This document shows, one piece after another, positions 46,101-61,100 of a DNA stretch of 64,000 bases. A program made the translations under genes and the position numbers. The notes below the pieces were generated by a model that was not told the origin of the DNA, did not search any database, and saw only the letters and a list, made by a program, of their open reading frames with translations. Origin of the DNA: Amphiscolops sp. MND2022 (taxonomy: Eukaryota); contig OZ076421.1 in assembly GCA_964187785.1 (NCBI GenBank), positions 20,522,001 to 20,586,000 of the forward strand. The letters run 5' to 3'. Position 1 is the stretch's first letter; each line of letters starts with the position of its first letter.

Positions 46101-49100
46101 AGAGTTTTTCAAGAAAATGGATATACAACATTTTTGTAGCGCTTTCGAAAGTTATTCATACAACTTCGATCTGCATTCCCCAAGGCAACACACTCTCGCC
46201 ATTGCTTTTCACCATTTTTCTGAACGATTTCAAACATGTTATTAGTAACTATACTCGTGGACTCAGTTGCTTCATCAGAAAATTTATGCGAGCTAAACTT
46301 GTATGTAGGTAAAACTAAGTATGATCTTCTCGAAAGGCAAAATCAGGAAACTGTCAAGACTATGTCAACCAAACGAAACTGGAAAGGGTGGAGAGTTTTT
46401 GCTACCTTGGCATACTTTTCAAGTATAACAATACCTTTCAACTAACTATCCACCACAATATTGACAAAGCTAGGAAAACCTTATTCAAACTAGATGGAAC
46501 TATATGAAAATGCCAAATGTCGATTGCTCTGCAGTTGTATCTGTTCGACTGCCTTATAAAACCAATTCCGCTCCACGGGTGTGACATTTGGGGAATGGAG
46601 AATTTGAAACTGAACTTCCCAATAAATAGAAAACTTTAACAGAAGAAGAGGGTAACCACAAACAAAAAAAGTTACTAGGCTTTGATGAGCGATGTACTGT
46701 AATTTGTTTATACTGTAAGGATGCTCTGTTGCTTGGAGCGTATATTACACCCTAATTGTACATCACATGGCATTAATGCAGCATGGGCTTCAAATACTCC
46801 ATGGTTCATTTTTTGCTGCAATCGTTCAATTTTTGGCCCTTGAAAAAGTACAACCCCCAAAACTTTTTTTGGTTCAATTTTCGTCTGATTCCGAGTACCT
46901 ACTGAAAAATTCAGGAATCTATCTTCATCGTCTTCGGCAGTGACTATAAGCGTGAGAATTGAATTTCTCAAGCTGCCAACGACAATTCAATTCTCGTGCG
47001 ATGGAACGAGCAAGTGGTAACTATGCATTCGTACGCCGAGTTCATTGAGATGAAGCGAGCAAATGTTCGTAATTATGCTTTCGTGCGCCGAGTTATTGAG
47101 ATGAAGCGAACGAGTGTTAATTGTTCGTTTGCCGAGCTTCGCCTGCATTCAAATGCGAATGCGAAACTTCATCTACGCTTAGTAGTTGTTTTCTGTAGTC
47201 CAAGAAGAATTAAAGGCGGTGTAAACTGGTGGAGTGATTAATTGTGCTATTATTGTTCAATTATTGAACATGAAAGCCTGAAAGCAGAAATAATACTGTG
47301 CCCCGTAGGGGCCTATTTTACTTGGAATGGAATTCTTTGCTGAGAGGAACTATACATTGAGACCATTCACAGTCGCTTTAGAAAATATTTCGAAAAGAAA
47401 TTGACCAGTAGATTGGAATTTATTACGTCATCGTGCCACTATTTTCTTGGTCAAGAATTGAAATTATCTCATCTTTTTAGTCCATCGGTTGGAAAACACC
47501 TGCGAAAGTGGTGATCAAACTTCGACCTGGATATGCCAGGGCTTCCGAAGCACGTAGAGACAGTTCATCGTCTTCGGCCTCTCAACACAAACTTCTTCAG
47601 TACACTAAAGAACATTTTCGCCATGACGTTTCGAATGTACTGGTGAACAGGATGTGCGAAGACGAATGCTTGGTTTCAGATTTCCTCGCAATTTTCGAAA
47701 ATGTAGTGAAGCGAGATTTTCCTCAGCCTCAAGACTTCGAATTTACAAAGCAGCAGGAACTTTTTGACGTTCTCGGTGACATGTGCAAGCTAGAACGCAA
47801 AGGTAATCAAGTTTATGTCCGAAAGATTTTGACGCAAAACTGCCCACATTCACAGAGAAAACGAAGTGCGTGTAGTTCATCAAGTGCCAGTGTCCAAGAG
47901 ATCAGATCACCTCATCGCGGCACAAGTTCCATACCCATTCTATTCGACACTAAGGACCCTTTTACTCCTATGCCTCATCCTGTACAATCAGATTTGAAAC
48001 AGCGAATGTCTCAACCATTTGCTGCAGAGACCTGGCAACAAGTCCCGCCACCACTTTTATCTAATCCAAGACCCCAAATGCCTCAACATATGAATGCACC
48101 ACATTCAAGACAACAGCCTTTCATGATGACAGTTAAAGATTATCCTTACGCTCATAAAGTTTTGAAAGCAACTGACAGAATCAAAGATATCGTAGGGCCT
48201 TTGCAGTTCTCTCAAATTAGCGAAGCCTTAAGGGAGGTACCTCTTGATCAGCTGTGTTCAATGATTGACGATTTTTCCTTCAGACGAGGCACACATTTGA
48301 TGGAATTTGTCAACCATCACAGTCCAAGGTGAGTTAGTTTTACCTCATAATCATGCAAACATGGTATTACTTTCAGTACACGCGATTTGTTCCCTGTTTC
48401 TTGAAAGATTTCCCCGGATCTGCGGGGCGAACGCCGAATACGCAGTTCTGCTTTTCTAAGTCGGCGCCCTTTCGGATACTAGCTCCTCGAACCAAGCTAT
48501 GGTACCATAGTTTCAACCAAGTGGTCAAGCAATGACCGGCTCGACGCTGTCGTTTAAAAGTGACTCGCTCAAGGTCACAAAGGTCTGACTGCTCACCGCT
48601 GCTTTTTTCTTCCAAATTCCAAATGTGTTATTTTTTGTTCTGACCATACCGCTGAGCCAAGGATGAAGGACTTACTGAAGGCACAACAATGTGAGTGGAA
48701 AGAGATTCTAACCTGATAATGTCCCATCACATGTCAAATGCTTCAACCATTTCACCGAGTTTTTTGAAAGAATTACCAAAGGTTAAGAAAGTTTGTTGTA
48801 ATTGTCAATTTTGAAAAGCGTAAACTATCAACTTTTTGTTTTCGAATTTCGATTTGATGTTCTATGGAGAAGTGCTATATACTGAGTAGTAGGATTTTTT
48901 TCAAGGGAACAACGCGCAAAACCCACTGAATGTTTAAGAATGTTTACATGACTGTGTATTTCTAGTATTCAGCTTTATTTTTGGCTATTTACGATGCCAT
49001 TCACTGGAATGAGAGTTCTATGTCCAGAAAACGTCGTGGTACCTCAAGACTATGGGTGACAGCTTTTGAAATCTTGACTTTCCTGTCATTGCCGATGACT

Positions 49101-52100
49101 GCTAGGCATTGATGCGAGAAAATACAATTTCTCGTCTTGATTGGTGAAAGAGACTACTTTTCGCAGAAAGAGACGACTATAGCACTGGCTTTTTTGAAAT
49201 TTTCGAAAGAGCAACGAAGTGAAAGATTTTATAAGCTGTAACATACCGGATATAACGTTCCTTGGAGAATTTTTCATAGCTGTAAAAAGCGCTAAGGAGT
49301 CCCCTTCGACATAAACACAACCCATACCGGATTTATTACAAACCGGATATATATGAATTCCGGATATAACGTATACCTGATATAACGAATTCCGGATATA
49401 ACGTTTCTTGGAGAATTTTTCATTGTTACAAAAGGGTCCCCCTTTGGATTTTTTGGTGCAAACCCGAATTAACGCAAACCGAATATAGCGAATTCCGAAT
49501 GTAACGACACAACCCATACCGGATTTAACGTAAACTGGATATAACGAATTCCCGGTTTTACTATATCGGATATAGCCTTTCTTGTTTTTAAGACCGGCGT
49601 TTTTTCGGAACTATGCGACTTTTTAGGAGTCGGAAAAAATTTTCGACTACTTATGCAATCGTGCTGTTTTTTTTTTTCTCCCGACCTTTTCATGAAAATT
49701 TCAAATTTCTCAAAAACTGTCCATACGATTTTCACGAAATTTTCCACAGTCATTCTACACCCAAAGGTGCCCCTGCGTGTGCAAAGGCGTCAAAATCGTA
49801 TGGCTGGGATGTGAGAAACATAGCCAAAATTAGCCCAAAAATGGCCAAAAAACAGCCATTTTTCGACTTTTTTCGATTTTCTCAAAAACTGTCCATACGA
49901 TTCGAACGAAATTTTCTACAGTCATTCTACACCATATTATGGTCCTTTATGTGCAATTTCATTAAATTCGTATGGCTGGGATGTGAGAAACATAGCCAAA
50001 TTTAGCCCAAAAATGGCCAAAAAAAACAGTCATTTTTCGATTTTCTTACAAACTGTTCATACGATTCGAACGAAAGCGAGTCAGAAGGAAAAAGACTTAA
50101 GCCGACTCCTTTACCGCATATGCGGCTCTGGTTTCTAAATTGTTTTTATCGAACCTCCCCTTCAATTTTTTCCAGGAACCAAAAGTTTTGCGAGCATATA
50201 GCAGTCGTTAGGGCTTTCGGCACTATCTATGAGACATACCGGAGACATTTTTTGGGAAAAATCGATTTTGTTAATTTTTCGTTTTTTGATGATTTCTGCT
50301 GCCCAAGATGAGTTTTTTGCTGTTTCCATTTGGGGAAAAATAGTTTTCGAGCCTTTTTCATTCCCCTAGGGTCATTTTTGTTTTTCAAAAAACTTTCTTT
50401 TTTGAACATTGAGCGGGGCGCCGACTTGGGCCGTTCCCGGCTTGTTCTTTGATTTTAAGCTGTTTTTTAAGTCCTTCTGACGATGTTCATTGACCGAATT
50501 CTGCGACGAAGTGTTGATAGAGAAATGGGGTTGTCCGGCTCTGTATTGCAATAACATGTCTCCTTTGGGGATGCTCTTTGTTCTAGAAACTGTTGAATTA
50601 TTAATGTTGAATCGAGCTGCAAATTTTCTATACGTCATTCCATCTTAATAGCTTGTAGAACTCGAATTTTAGTGTTTGGATCAATTTTTTTTCTGAAATC
50701 CAAAAAATAGCGAAAAGAGTAACAAGTCAAAAGCGGTCCCGAAGTGTCAATATGGTCGGATTCTATAAAATTCTATAAACTGATTCTAAAATTCAACTCA
50801 AGTTAAATAAATTGAAGGAGACCCTTTGGAGACATGAAAAAAATTGCGAAAAAAGTCGCACAACGCCGAAATAACATGCAAAAAAAAATTTGGTCAAGGG
50901 CGGGACTCGAACCCACGTCCTTCTGCTTGGCAGACCTCAAAAGTCCTAATTAATCTCTATGCCAAGTGCCAGTAGAAGTAGTATGGCACTTAGCGTTCGT
51001 GCAAGCCAGCTTATAAAGCTTATAAAATTTGTCAGTTAGTTGGTCTTAAAAAAAAAGAAAAGTCACTGCTATAGTCTGCGTTTTCTACGAAAAGCGCCGA
51101 CTAATAAAAGGGTTTCTTCGTTCTGTTGCTTCGGTCAGATTTCTGAGTCTGTTGTGGCACTATGAGTAAGAGTGATAATCAATGATGCAGATGGTTCGGA
51201 GGGACCATTGACTAATACCGGGAAACCTACCGTGCATGGGTTATCTAACTCGCTTCTATGTATCTTTTGCTTGAACAATACCTTCAACAAATTCTTGACT
51301 ATTCTCGGATTTGTGCATAGAGATCAAAACAAGGTTTCCTCGTAATTTCAATCCTGGAAGTTTTCAAAGTATGATCATGTAATTTTTTCGGGTTCTTTCT
51401 TTTCATGGCCAACTTAGTCTATCATTTGTATTGGTCCAATAAAATGTTATGAATTTTATAAACTTTTATTTAGATCCAATGGACCTTCAAGTCACTCTAC
51501 GCTCGAGACAGCCCCAACGCCTGTGAAACTAGAACCTGGCACTCCATCGTCCAGCAGCGCTGCATTGGATTTCATTTCTCTACAATCTTCGGCTCCAAAT
51601 TCGAATCCTTTGTCTAACCTACCACCCGTGCCTCCTGCAAACACCCACGACCAGCTACACCTGCTGGCAGAAACGAAACTTGAAGGGAGTGGGATCCTAG
51701 GTGAACAATCGGTTCTTCCCAGGGATCTGAAAACATCGGCTGACCTTGACACTGCATGTAAAATAGTTGCGCAGAACATGAATGCCAGGAAAGAGTTTGT
51801 GAGTGCGTCCAAGATAGAACTGGCTTTGCTGCAGTATTACGGAAAACGTCAATTGGGGGACTTTGGCATTAGGTCTGTGAGGGCTGCCCATCAAATAGAA
51901 ACCTTGAAGGATTTGAACATGAAGGAGCGCAAAGTGGTTCTCTATGTCGAATTGTTCGTCAAAGTGAGTTGAATGTAGTTGGTGCTTCAAAAACTAAAAG
52001 TTCCTTCAGATTCAAGAAATACCTTCATCTACTGAATGGTGGATTATGGATCTAATTAATGAATGGAACTGGCCTTTTTCATTGAAAAAAGTATAACAAG

Positions 52101-55100
52101 ATGCTCGCTGAGCTCCCGGATCTTTTTTAGCCCCGAACTATTTTAGTGGCGATATATTCTTAAGGCTGGAGCATAGGAATAAGCTACGAACTTGCAAGAA
52201 ATTTGGGAAAAGTTGAAAATGTTTTGTTTTTGAGCTATGTGGATATTCTCACCCATGAAAATATTCCAAAACAAAAAATGCCAAAAATGGGATATTTTGA
52301 CTTCTGGCTTTTTAGTGCACTTTTCCCAACAAAGTTCAAATATCTCCACGTACGTATTTTGCGACCATACTTTCATGATAATTGAATTCTGTGTGAGAAC
52401 CTCTATCATTTGGAAATGACTTTGTAACGCGGCAAAATAAAAACGCGCCCCAGTAATTTTTCTTTACCATATTGAAATGTGGGCGGGAAATGTAAAGCCA
52501 ATATTCAGTTTTTACTCCCAAAGACTTTTGCATACTAATTTGTTGTCGAGATGATCGTTTTTCCTTGTTACATGATGTTTTCAAACTTGTCTGGTTCATC
52601 TAAAAAATCCTCATTGTGGACGTCAAGTTCATTGAGGACGAAATTGTTTTGCATTTTCCCCCAAAGAATTTGCCTTTTGTTCAATAATATATGGTATCTT
52701 TAGATGAGAAGTATCTGTACGATCCATGAGCTAGAAAACCTACTGGTCAGACTGCAACTTCCTGACAATGACGTCACCAACAACGCCGCCTCATTTGAGG
52801 ACCTGTACCAACTCGGACCCCTCTACAAGCACCCTGTGATTTACGATCACTTCAAGTTTCCCACTGACGGGTCGGTCCGGCCCCTGGAGATGAAATCCTA
52901 CGATGTCGCTTCTTTATTCCGAGACTACTTGACAAAAAAGAATCTTTGGCACAGTCGTGAGTTGAGCACTGCTGATTTTCTCACTCATCTCGCCAAAACC
53001 TTGGATGTTGAGAATCCGTGGAATTTGGGAATTAAAATTGTGTCTCTGCCTCTTTTGAAGGGTGTTAGTTTTCAACATTGTTACTGCTTTCCATATATTG
53101 TTTGCTCGGGTAACTTTTTTCACTGATGGATTTCATGAACGAAGGTTACCCTTAATCTACGCCCCAAAAAACGAACTATTGTACAATAGCCATCCTCTGG
53201 TATTCCAAGAAATCTAGAGTATTTCTCTGTGATGATCTACAGTTTTGTAAAGATAATTTTTGACCTCATTGGATGTTTCAAAAAACGGAAAAGGTATTAG
53301 TGGATAGGATTAAAATCCCAGAAATACCACCTTATTTTAAATTTATCCTTTTGTGACGCAAAAGAACATGATAAATAGCAGCCAATATACATGGGACGCA
53401 AATGTGCATAATTACTCTTTGACTCTATAGTTCACAGTATTTCTAAAGTAACGGAACATGTTCAATGGTATTTTTGATGACGGTGCCTTCTTTTTCAGAC
53501 CATCTGCAAAGCTCAAGCAGACAGCAAGAAGGAACAAGAGAAAATAATAGGACAAATGGTGAATTCTCTCATCGAAGACATGCGAAAGGAGTCTGACTAC
53601 CTTCGCCAGCAAATTGTCAAATCAATGGGCATTGGCTCCGGGGCAGACCAAAGACACATCAAACAATTGAAAACCATGTCGACTGCAGACCTTCTGAGAC
53701 ATTGCTACAAGGCATGTCAGCCCCTTCTGGAGTTTGTGGACACAGATGCGTCCAACGATTCGAAACTCATGAGAAAGAGGAAGGCCAACAAGTTTGCAGA
53801 AGTTTGCCGTCGCTTTCAGCTCTTCTTCGAGACTTGTCAAGACCAACCGGTGGCTCAAGCAATATTCGAGCTATGCCTTGTCAGCAGGGATGTGATTTTC
53901 TAACCATAAAAAATTCATGAAAACATTTTTTGTCAAGCTTTTGAGAAGCTTTTTGTGATAGCTTTGAATTTTTTGAGAAGCTTTCCGTGATATTGAACCT
54001 TCAATTTTTCGTGATATTTAATCTTCAATTTACCATGTTATCATTGATTTTGAAGAGAAACACGGCTTCAATTGCGAAAAGTTCATTTTATTTATTTTTG
54101 TTGGGCCGTTTTTAAACGAAATCTTTTGTTTCATTTCAAATTCGGAGTTCTGTGTTTTTTTACATTTTTCTTATAGCAGGAAATATTCGGATGAGTCATA
54201 GTACTGGGAACAAATTTTTTGTCATTGCACTGGGAACTGATTTTTTTTGAGAAATTCCGGTTTTAAGGACTATTCTTCCCGAAAAGCAAAAAATCTGGAA
54301 TATCCCAATCGCATCCAACTGGATTTTTGTTAATGAAATTCTCCTACCTTGATGACATCCCTGATTGATTGTCTCCTCTAGTTGTAAGTTGGGCAACCCG
54401 GCTCTGATCAAAGAAGCCATTGTTTTTATTCTGGACAATCAAGGACTGTGGGAGGATGTAGTGAAATATTGTCCATCGGAGTACACCAAAAATACGGCGA
54501 ATCCCTCGAATGCAAAACCCGAGGTGGTCGACTTGGAATCGAGTTCAGAGGAAGAATCAGAAAATGCATCCAATCAAGTCGTCGAGGAAAAAGAGAATGA
54601 GACTTTCCGTGAGTGGAATTGTTTATTAGGTTGTTGTCCGCATATTACGACTCATTGGCTAATTTTTACCGTTTTAATTTTCCGCCATATTCCATACGGA
54701 AGAAAAATCGATAGAACTGTGTTTTTCAGCGTTATAGAGTTAATGTCACAGAATGTAACGGCAAAAATGAGATTCGTAGTATACGTATTTATGAAGATCG
54801 AAAGAAAAAAGTTCCTCACGAAGATTTAAAATGTGCCAAAATGATTTTAGTTAAGATTTAATAGTTCAAATGCAAGACTCGTACAAGGGCAAGTTTTTAA
54901 ACACTTTTTATAACTTATAAATATCACCTCAGAAAGGGATTGAGACTTGATGGCTGGCTTAAGGGTTGAGTGTTGTTTTAAGAAGCGGTAGTTGCGGACT
55001 CGAATCTTACTCGGGGCCTTTTTTGAAAGTAAACATTAGAAATAGCAATTTGATATAACGTATATATGGTGCTATAATCCAGATATTGCGCTTTTCCAGT

Positions 55101-58100
55101 TATTTTTCGCGTTTTGCCGGGCGGAAAATTAGGGTTCGATTCTAGTCACGCCGAAATTTTCATCATTTCAAATTTAATCATACTAGTAGTAGTTTGATAT
55201 AACGCGTTTGAACTTAATGTTTTCGACTATGAATATTTAAATTTCTTATGTGACATAGGTTGTTTCTACTTCGCAACTTTCCGACCTTTTCCGATTTTTA
55301 TTTCACCGAAGGGACCTCAGTAGTACGGGAGGGTGGGCGTTTTGCTGTAATTTTTCGATCCCAAGTTATCGAGAATTCGATATGAATGCAGCGAATTCCA
55401 ACGTGTATCCCGAGCAGAGGTCAATGTAGTCTTAGCATATAGAATATGAGTTTCCATGCACATCTGTAATTATTGAAAAGCAAAGCACTGCTATTTTTGC
55501 CAATGCTATTTTGCAATAATTTCTATTCACTGAAAATGAAACGCTGTAGGGGTCGAAATAAAACGTTCGGAAAGCAAGGTCCACAGGAAACACGTACATA
55601 ACGTTTTCCAAAAGTGTCCAGAAGTTCGGATACAACGCATTTTTTCTTATGCATTCGTTATTTCCGAACATGGAATCAGTAATGTTCAATATGAAAGGAA
55701 ATAAATGCTCGAAACCCCACATTTTCCGGGTGTGAAGTATTTCAGTTCGTACACAACGTACGTGTTTCCCGTTGGACCTTCAGATCTGGCTCCTCGAAGG
55801 TTGTTTCCGCCCCTACAGCTTTTTCTTTTGAGTGAAAAAGGAATTATTGCAAAATCAGCATTTGCAAAAATAGCAGTTTTCTACTTTTCCATATATAAAG
55901 ATCGCTGTATTCATATCAAATTCACAAAAGTTTGGTTATCCGGCTGCAGAAAGTCCCCTTTCGTTGACTTTCCAAACCATTCAAGTTTGTTCCTTCGATT
56001 TGATAAGACACCATCTGGTAAGAAATGATACTTGTAATCAGCAAATAAAGATGACAGTTGGAGTGAATTCAAACTTTGACCTTTCTGAATTGAAATCCGT
56101 TTCGAAATCGAAAATTACACTGTGCTTTGGGATCGAAAAATTGCGTATGATGGTTTGGTAATTGCAGTAAACCCCTTCAAAATTGCAGTAAACCCCTTCA
56201 CCTACTGCCCTCTTTGGGTCTATTGATATTTTATGGTTGGAAAGGTTTTTCGAAAGCGTTTTTCGTGCTTGAATGTTTTTCGTGCTTGAATAAACTGACT
56301 TGTATTTCGTTTCAGTCGCTACTCTGGAAGAGAAAATTGGCGAAATGTTGAGAGAAGCCCTGAACAGTTGCTCGGATTTTTCGAATCAGATCTCATTGAA
56401 TCAGCTTGAAGCAATTGAACAAAACGTCTATAAATCAGACTCACGCAACCTTCTTTGGAATAAACATAAGATGTCTTTTCTGGGATTGGTTGTGTCGAGG
56501 CCTCTACTTCTGAGCAAATTCTCATCTGTCATTGGTGGAAAAGAATCGTCTCTTGATAATGAAGGTGACAGTTCCTTGAAATGTGCATCAACAACCGAGA
56601 TTAAAGAATTTCTTTGCCAATGTGACGCAAGTTCTGATAACATTGATTCCGTGGCTTCAGCTTTGAAAAGAACTTTTAACGTCGATATTGCTTCAGATGA
56701 AGCAACTAAGAAGAGAATTTGCAAAACAGTGGAAAACATTGAACCCCAGTCATCGGACAAATCATTCATCCGTTACTCTGAATCTTTAACTTATTCAGAA
56801 GACTTCACTAGCAGTGTTCTGCAAAAAGATGAGTTGAAATCAATGGTGCTGTATCAAATACAAAACTTACCATATATGGAAAATTTGGTATCCAGTCTTC
56901 AGTGGAATCTTTTGTTCAGACCTGAAATTGGAGATTTAGTACCTTTTCTGAGAGAAAACAAACCTCATTTCTCGTCACACGACGTCAAGTTTTTTATATC
57001 TTGCGAAGACTGTGTCTTCAAGATTCCTTCAAACAGTTCTTACGAAGCATTATCAAGTTCCGCTCTAAGCAACGAACCCCAAATGTTTTGCGCTCTTTTG
57101 CTTTCTCTTATCGACACAAATGATGGCATCCAGACGTTTCCTTACCAACTAGCCCAGTCGGAACTGTTTGCATCTTTCAATTCCTTGGCTCAAAACAAGC
57201 ATATCGTTGCTTTCACTTCTTGTGTTGTGACAATTCTGCCATCAAATTTTTCGGTTCCAATTTGGCGCGACTTATTGAAGCCTCTGGCGGACAAAGTTGG
57301 AACTGTTGACATCGAATCAAAAGTACTTGAGTATGTTCTGAGTCAGGGTGATAATTTAAATGCATTAAAGCTTGCTATGGTTGGAAACTTATCCGGGATA
57401 AAATCTTGGGTCGAGTCCACCTTGACGGAACCCAACATGGAACCAGTTGCGAAGAAACAGACATCAGTCAAGCTTGATGATTCTTCGTGGAGTGCTGCTA
57501 CTGAAGACGCTTCATTTGCCATGGATTTGGATGTTTCTAAAAATGGAGAAAAACCAAGAGACGAGTCCGTTATGGGTGGAGATGAAAATGACGATTGTGA
57601 CATAAGTATAGACAAGGAACAGGAGGATGGATGCAGAAAAATTGTCGACGAAATATTGATGACGGAGTTTGGTGAAGGACTCCAGATGGACGACACAGCA
57701 CGTGAGATTTTGAACAAACATCAAGATCGAATTGGGCGAAGTTTGGAGAGGTTATCCAAAGAATTGTACTCACAAGACATTCACTTCATATTGGAGCTGA
57801 TTCAAAACGCAGACGACAATTTTTACACGGTTGCCAATAGTAAAGGAGAACAGCCTACTCTAGTGTTTAAATTGGATTCCGAGAGGTTGTCTGTTTTCAA
57901 CAACGAAGATGGTTTCAGGGGCGAAAATTTGCGAGCTCTATGTGATGTAGGCAAAACAACGAAAGGAAAACATCGAAAAGGTTTGATTGGTCAAAAAGGT
58001 ATTGGGTTCAAGTCAGTCTTCAGGGTAACAGACACGCCAGAAATTCATTCCAGTGGTTTTCACGTTCGTTTTGATGTTCACAATGGAGCACTTGGCATGA

Positions 58101-61100
58101 TCAAACCTGTTTGGATAGAAGAAAATGATCGAAAAGAAACTCTGCAGTTAGACCTGAAAACATCTCTTAGCTCACAAAACGTCACTACAAAAATCATTCT
58201 CCCATTTACGACTAAATCGTCAAATGTGAAGGATTTCAAAACCAAATTACAGCAGATAGAACCAAGTTTGCTGCTGTTTTTGAACAAATTGACCCGGATT
58301 TTGATTCAAATTGACCTCTCCGACGATACTTCATCTGATCCCATGCAAGAAAGTTTGACACTGGAACGGGAATTTTTGAGTAACCGCATTGTACGTGTAC
58401 AATCAAGCGAAAGTCGTGAGTTCTTCCTGGTGGAGACAGCCTCTGTTGAGGTCCCTGAACACCTCAACGTCAAACTAGAAGAGACTGAAATATCGTTTGC
58501 CTTTCCTCTTGAAGCTATGGCTGCTGATTCTTTCCGCTTCACTTATGCTAGAACCATGCAGGCTTTTGCTTTTCTACCAGTTCGTGATTTTGGTTTGAAA
58601 TTCATTGTTCATGCAGATTTCGAGATTCCATCTTCGCGTCAAGACATCGACTGTGATTCAGCATTCAACCAGTGGCTTGCCCAAAAAATACCCCAGCTTT
58701 TTATCGATTCCTTTGAAAAGTTTGTTGCACTTATCAAAGATCCTGTTCAAGCGTCTATTTCATTCCTCAGCTATCTTCCTCTGCCTAACGAGACGTTTGG
58801 GTTTTTCAAACCAATTGCCCACAAAACATGCGAAATGGTTCAATCGGCTCTTGTTATTCCTACCACTGACAATGAGCTTTGCGTACCATCGCAAGTGATT
58901 CAGTGGAACGAAGTTATCAGTGGAAGCGAGAACATAGACACTGAGTTGTTCACCAAAGCCACCGGCTGGAAATTAGCTCATGCTCATTTGAACAAATTGC
59001 GACCTGCTGTTGTCAAACAACTTGGTCTGCACTGTGTTACTGTGAACGACCTTTTAGTCACACTTGAGTATTACACAACTTCGCAAAGTTTTGAAAATGA
59101 ACCGGAAGTGGAGAAAGTGGAAACCGTGAAAAAACTATTGATGACAATTTTGGTAAATTTCAGCCATCATGTAAGTCACGACATCCTAGCCAGGGTCAAA
59201 AAGATTCCGTTCATACTTCTGTCCAATGGACAGTGGGTTCCAATGCAGCATCATTCGGACCTGTTTTGTAACACTGAACAGGATTATGCATCGTTGAGCA
59301 AACTGAAACTGATCAAACTTGTGGATTCGAAATTGCTTCTGGATGACAATAACAAAGTCATACCCGAAGTTCAGAAGTTTCTGATCAATCTGGGAGTAAA
59401 ATTGTCATCCACCAAAGAATTGCTGAAGTTCCATGTTTCTGAAGTGCTGAGTAATGAAGAAAAGTGGTCCACTTTGGATCATGGGGCGTTGTGTGACTAC
59501 ACTCGGTTTTTAGTCAATGGTTGGCGAAATTTTACTTCTAAAGCAACTGATATAGATTGTTTCCTCTCTAATTTGCCTGTTTTAATTCGCAAAGGTACTT
59601 CCGCTATCGAAGTCTCTCAAATGAAGCATCTAAAGACGCTGTACTTTCCACCAAAATACCAGCCAAATCTGTGCTTGCCTCATGTTTTTCCCAGTTTCAC
59701 TTTCAGCACAATTTCCGATACATATATTTGCGGTCGTGAAAACGTTAAAATGTACCGAGACTTTTTCTCGAAAGTCGGTGTAAAGGAGTTTTTTAACTTC
59801 GAGAAGGTCGAAACTCCGTTATCTGAGAATGGGCTTTCAAAGAAGATTGATTTCACAAGTGACCTTGTCACCATACTCGAAGGTTGCGAGAAATTAGACG
59901 AGAACCAGGCCAAGCAACTATTTACCCTTCTGAGCTTCCACTGGAATGAAGTTATGGATCATATTCATGCGCGGGAGATAGAAGAAGGCACCCAGGCTGT
60001 GAAATTGACACCTTCGCGTATTTGGAAAGCGTTATTGGAAAACAGTTGGGTTCCAGCACAACTCGGCGGAAAACACATTTTTGCCAAACCAACAGATTTG
60101 TTCGTATCAACTTCTGACGTCAAACACGTTTTCCGAAACGATGTTCAAGTTTTGAATGAATCGATCAATGGGAGTCTCATCCGGAAAGAATTCTTGGATT
60201 TTCTGAAAATCAAAACTTCAGTTTCAGTGGAAGACGTGCTTGCGTATCTCCGCAATTGCAGCCAAAACCCGGAGTACAAACCCGATTTAGGTCACATGGC
60301 GCATGTTTACAAGTTCTTGGACCGAAACATAGACCAATGTCTGGAAGTGCTACAAAGTGAGAAACTGATTTGTCTACCAGACCACGGCTCTAGTGAAAAT
60401 GGTTTATCCTTTTTTGAACCCTCTCGCCTGGTAATGGACGACCCAAGCGGACTTTATCAAAAATACAGACCCACTCTACAGAAGTACAAAGCAACCGCGC
60501 CTGTGATCACTTTTTTCCGAGACATCAAGCAGTACCGCTATTTGAACGAGTTTTTTGATGCCATTGGAGCGTCGGATATTCCGACTGACGATATGTACAG
60601 AGAACTGATGCTGTTTCTCATAAACGCGTTGGATATGACAAAGACTGCACTGAGCAAAGAGAACCGAATTTCTGATCTCTTTCAATTGATTGCTTTGTGC
60701 TGCAACAAAGTTACAGACGAAGATATCTGTTTCCCTTGCAGTAACCGGAAGTTTGCGTCCCGAAAAGATGATATAGTGTTATATGACCAGAATCAAGTTC
60801 TGTATTCGATTTTCAAAGAAAACGAAAGCTTGAGAATCCTACATCCAGATGTTTTTGGTCAACAACCAGAGTTCCAGAATCTCATTTTGTCGGTCGCTCT
60901 TCAGGGAAAATACAGTTGGCTGAGCAACGTTATAAACGAATACATAACGGGACAGATTTGGACCTGCAGTAAGGTGCATAAGTTCATATACTTCGCATGT
61001 CCATACATACAGAGGTACTTGAGCAGCAATTACAGAGCCGTCTACGATAGAAACAAAGAAGTGTTTGCAAGAAATATTTCGACGATGAAAATTTTTGCTT

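Noticed and set aside
50891-50937. Functional tRNA gene
   Set aside because: No matching 5' acceptor strand or D-arm, and no 7-nt anticodon loop; it sits within a dispersed repeat.
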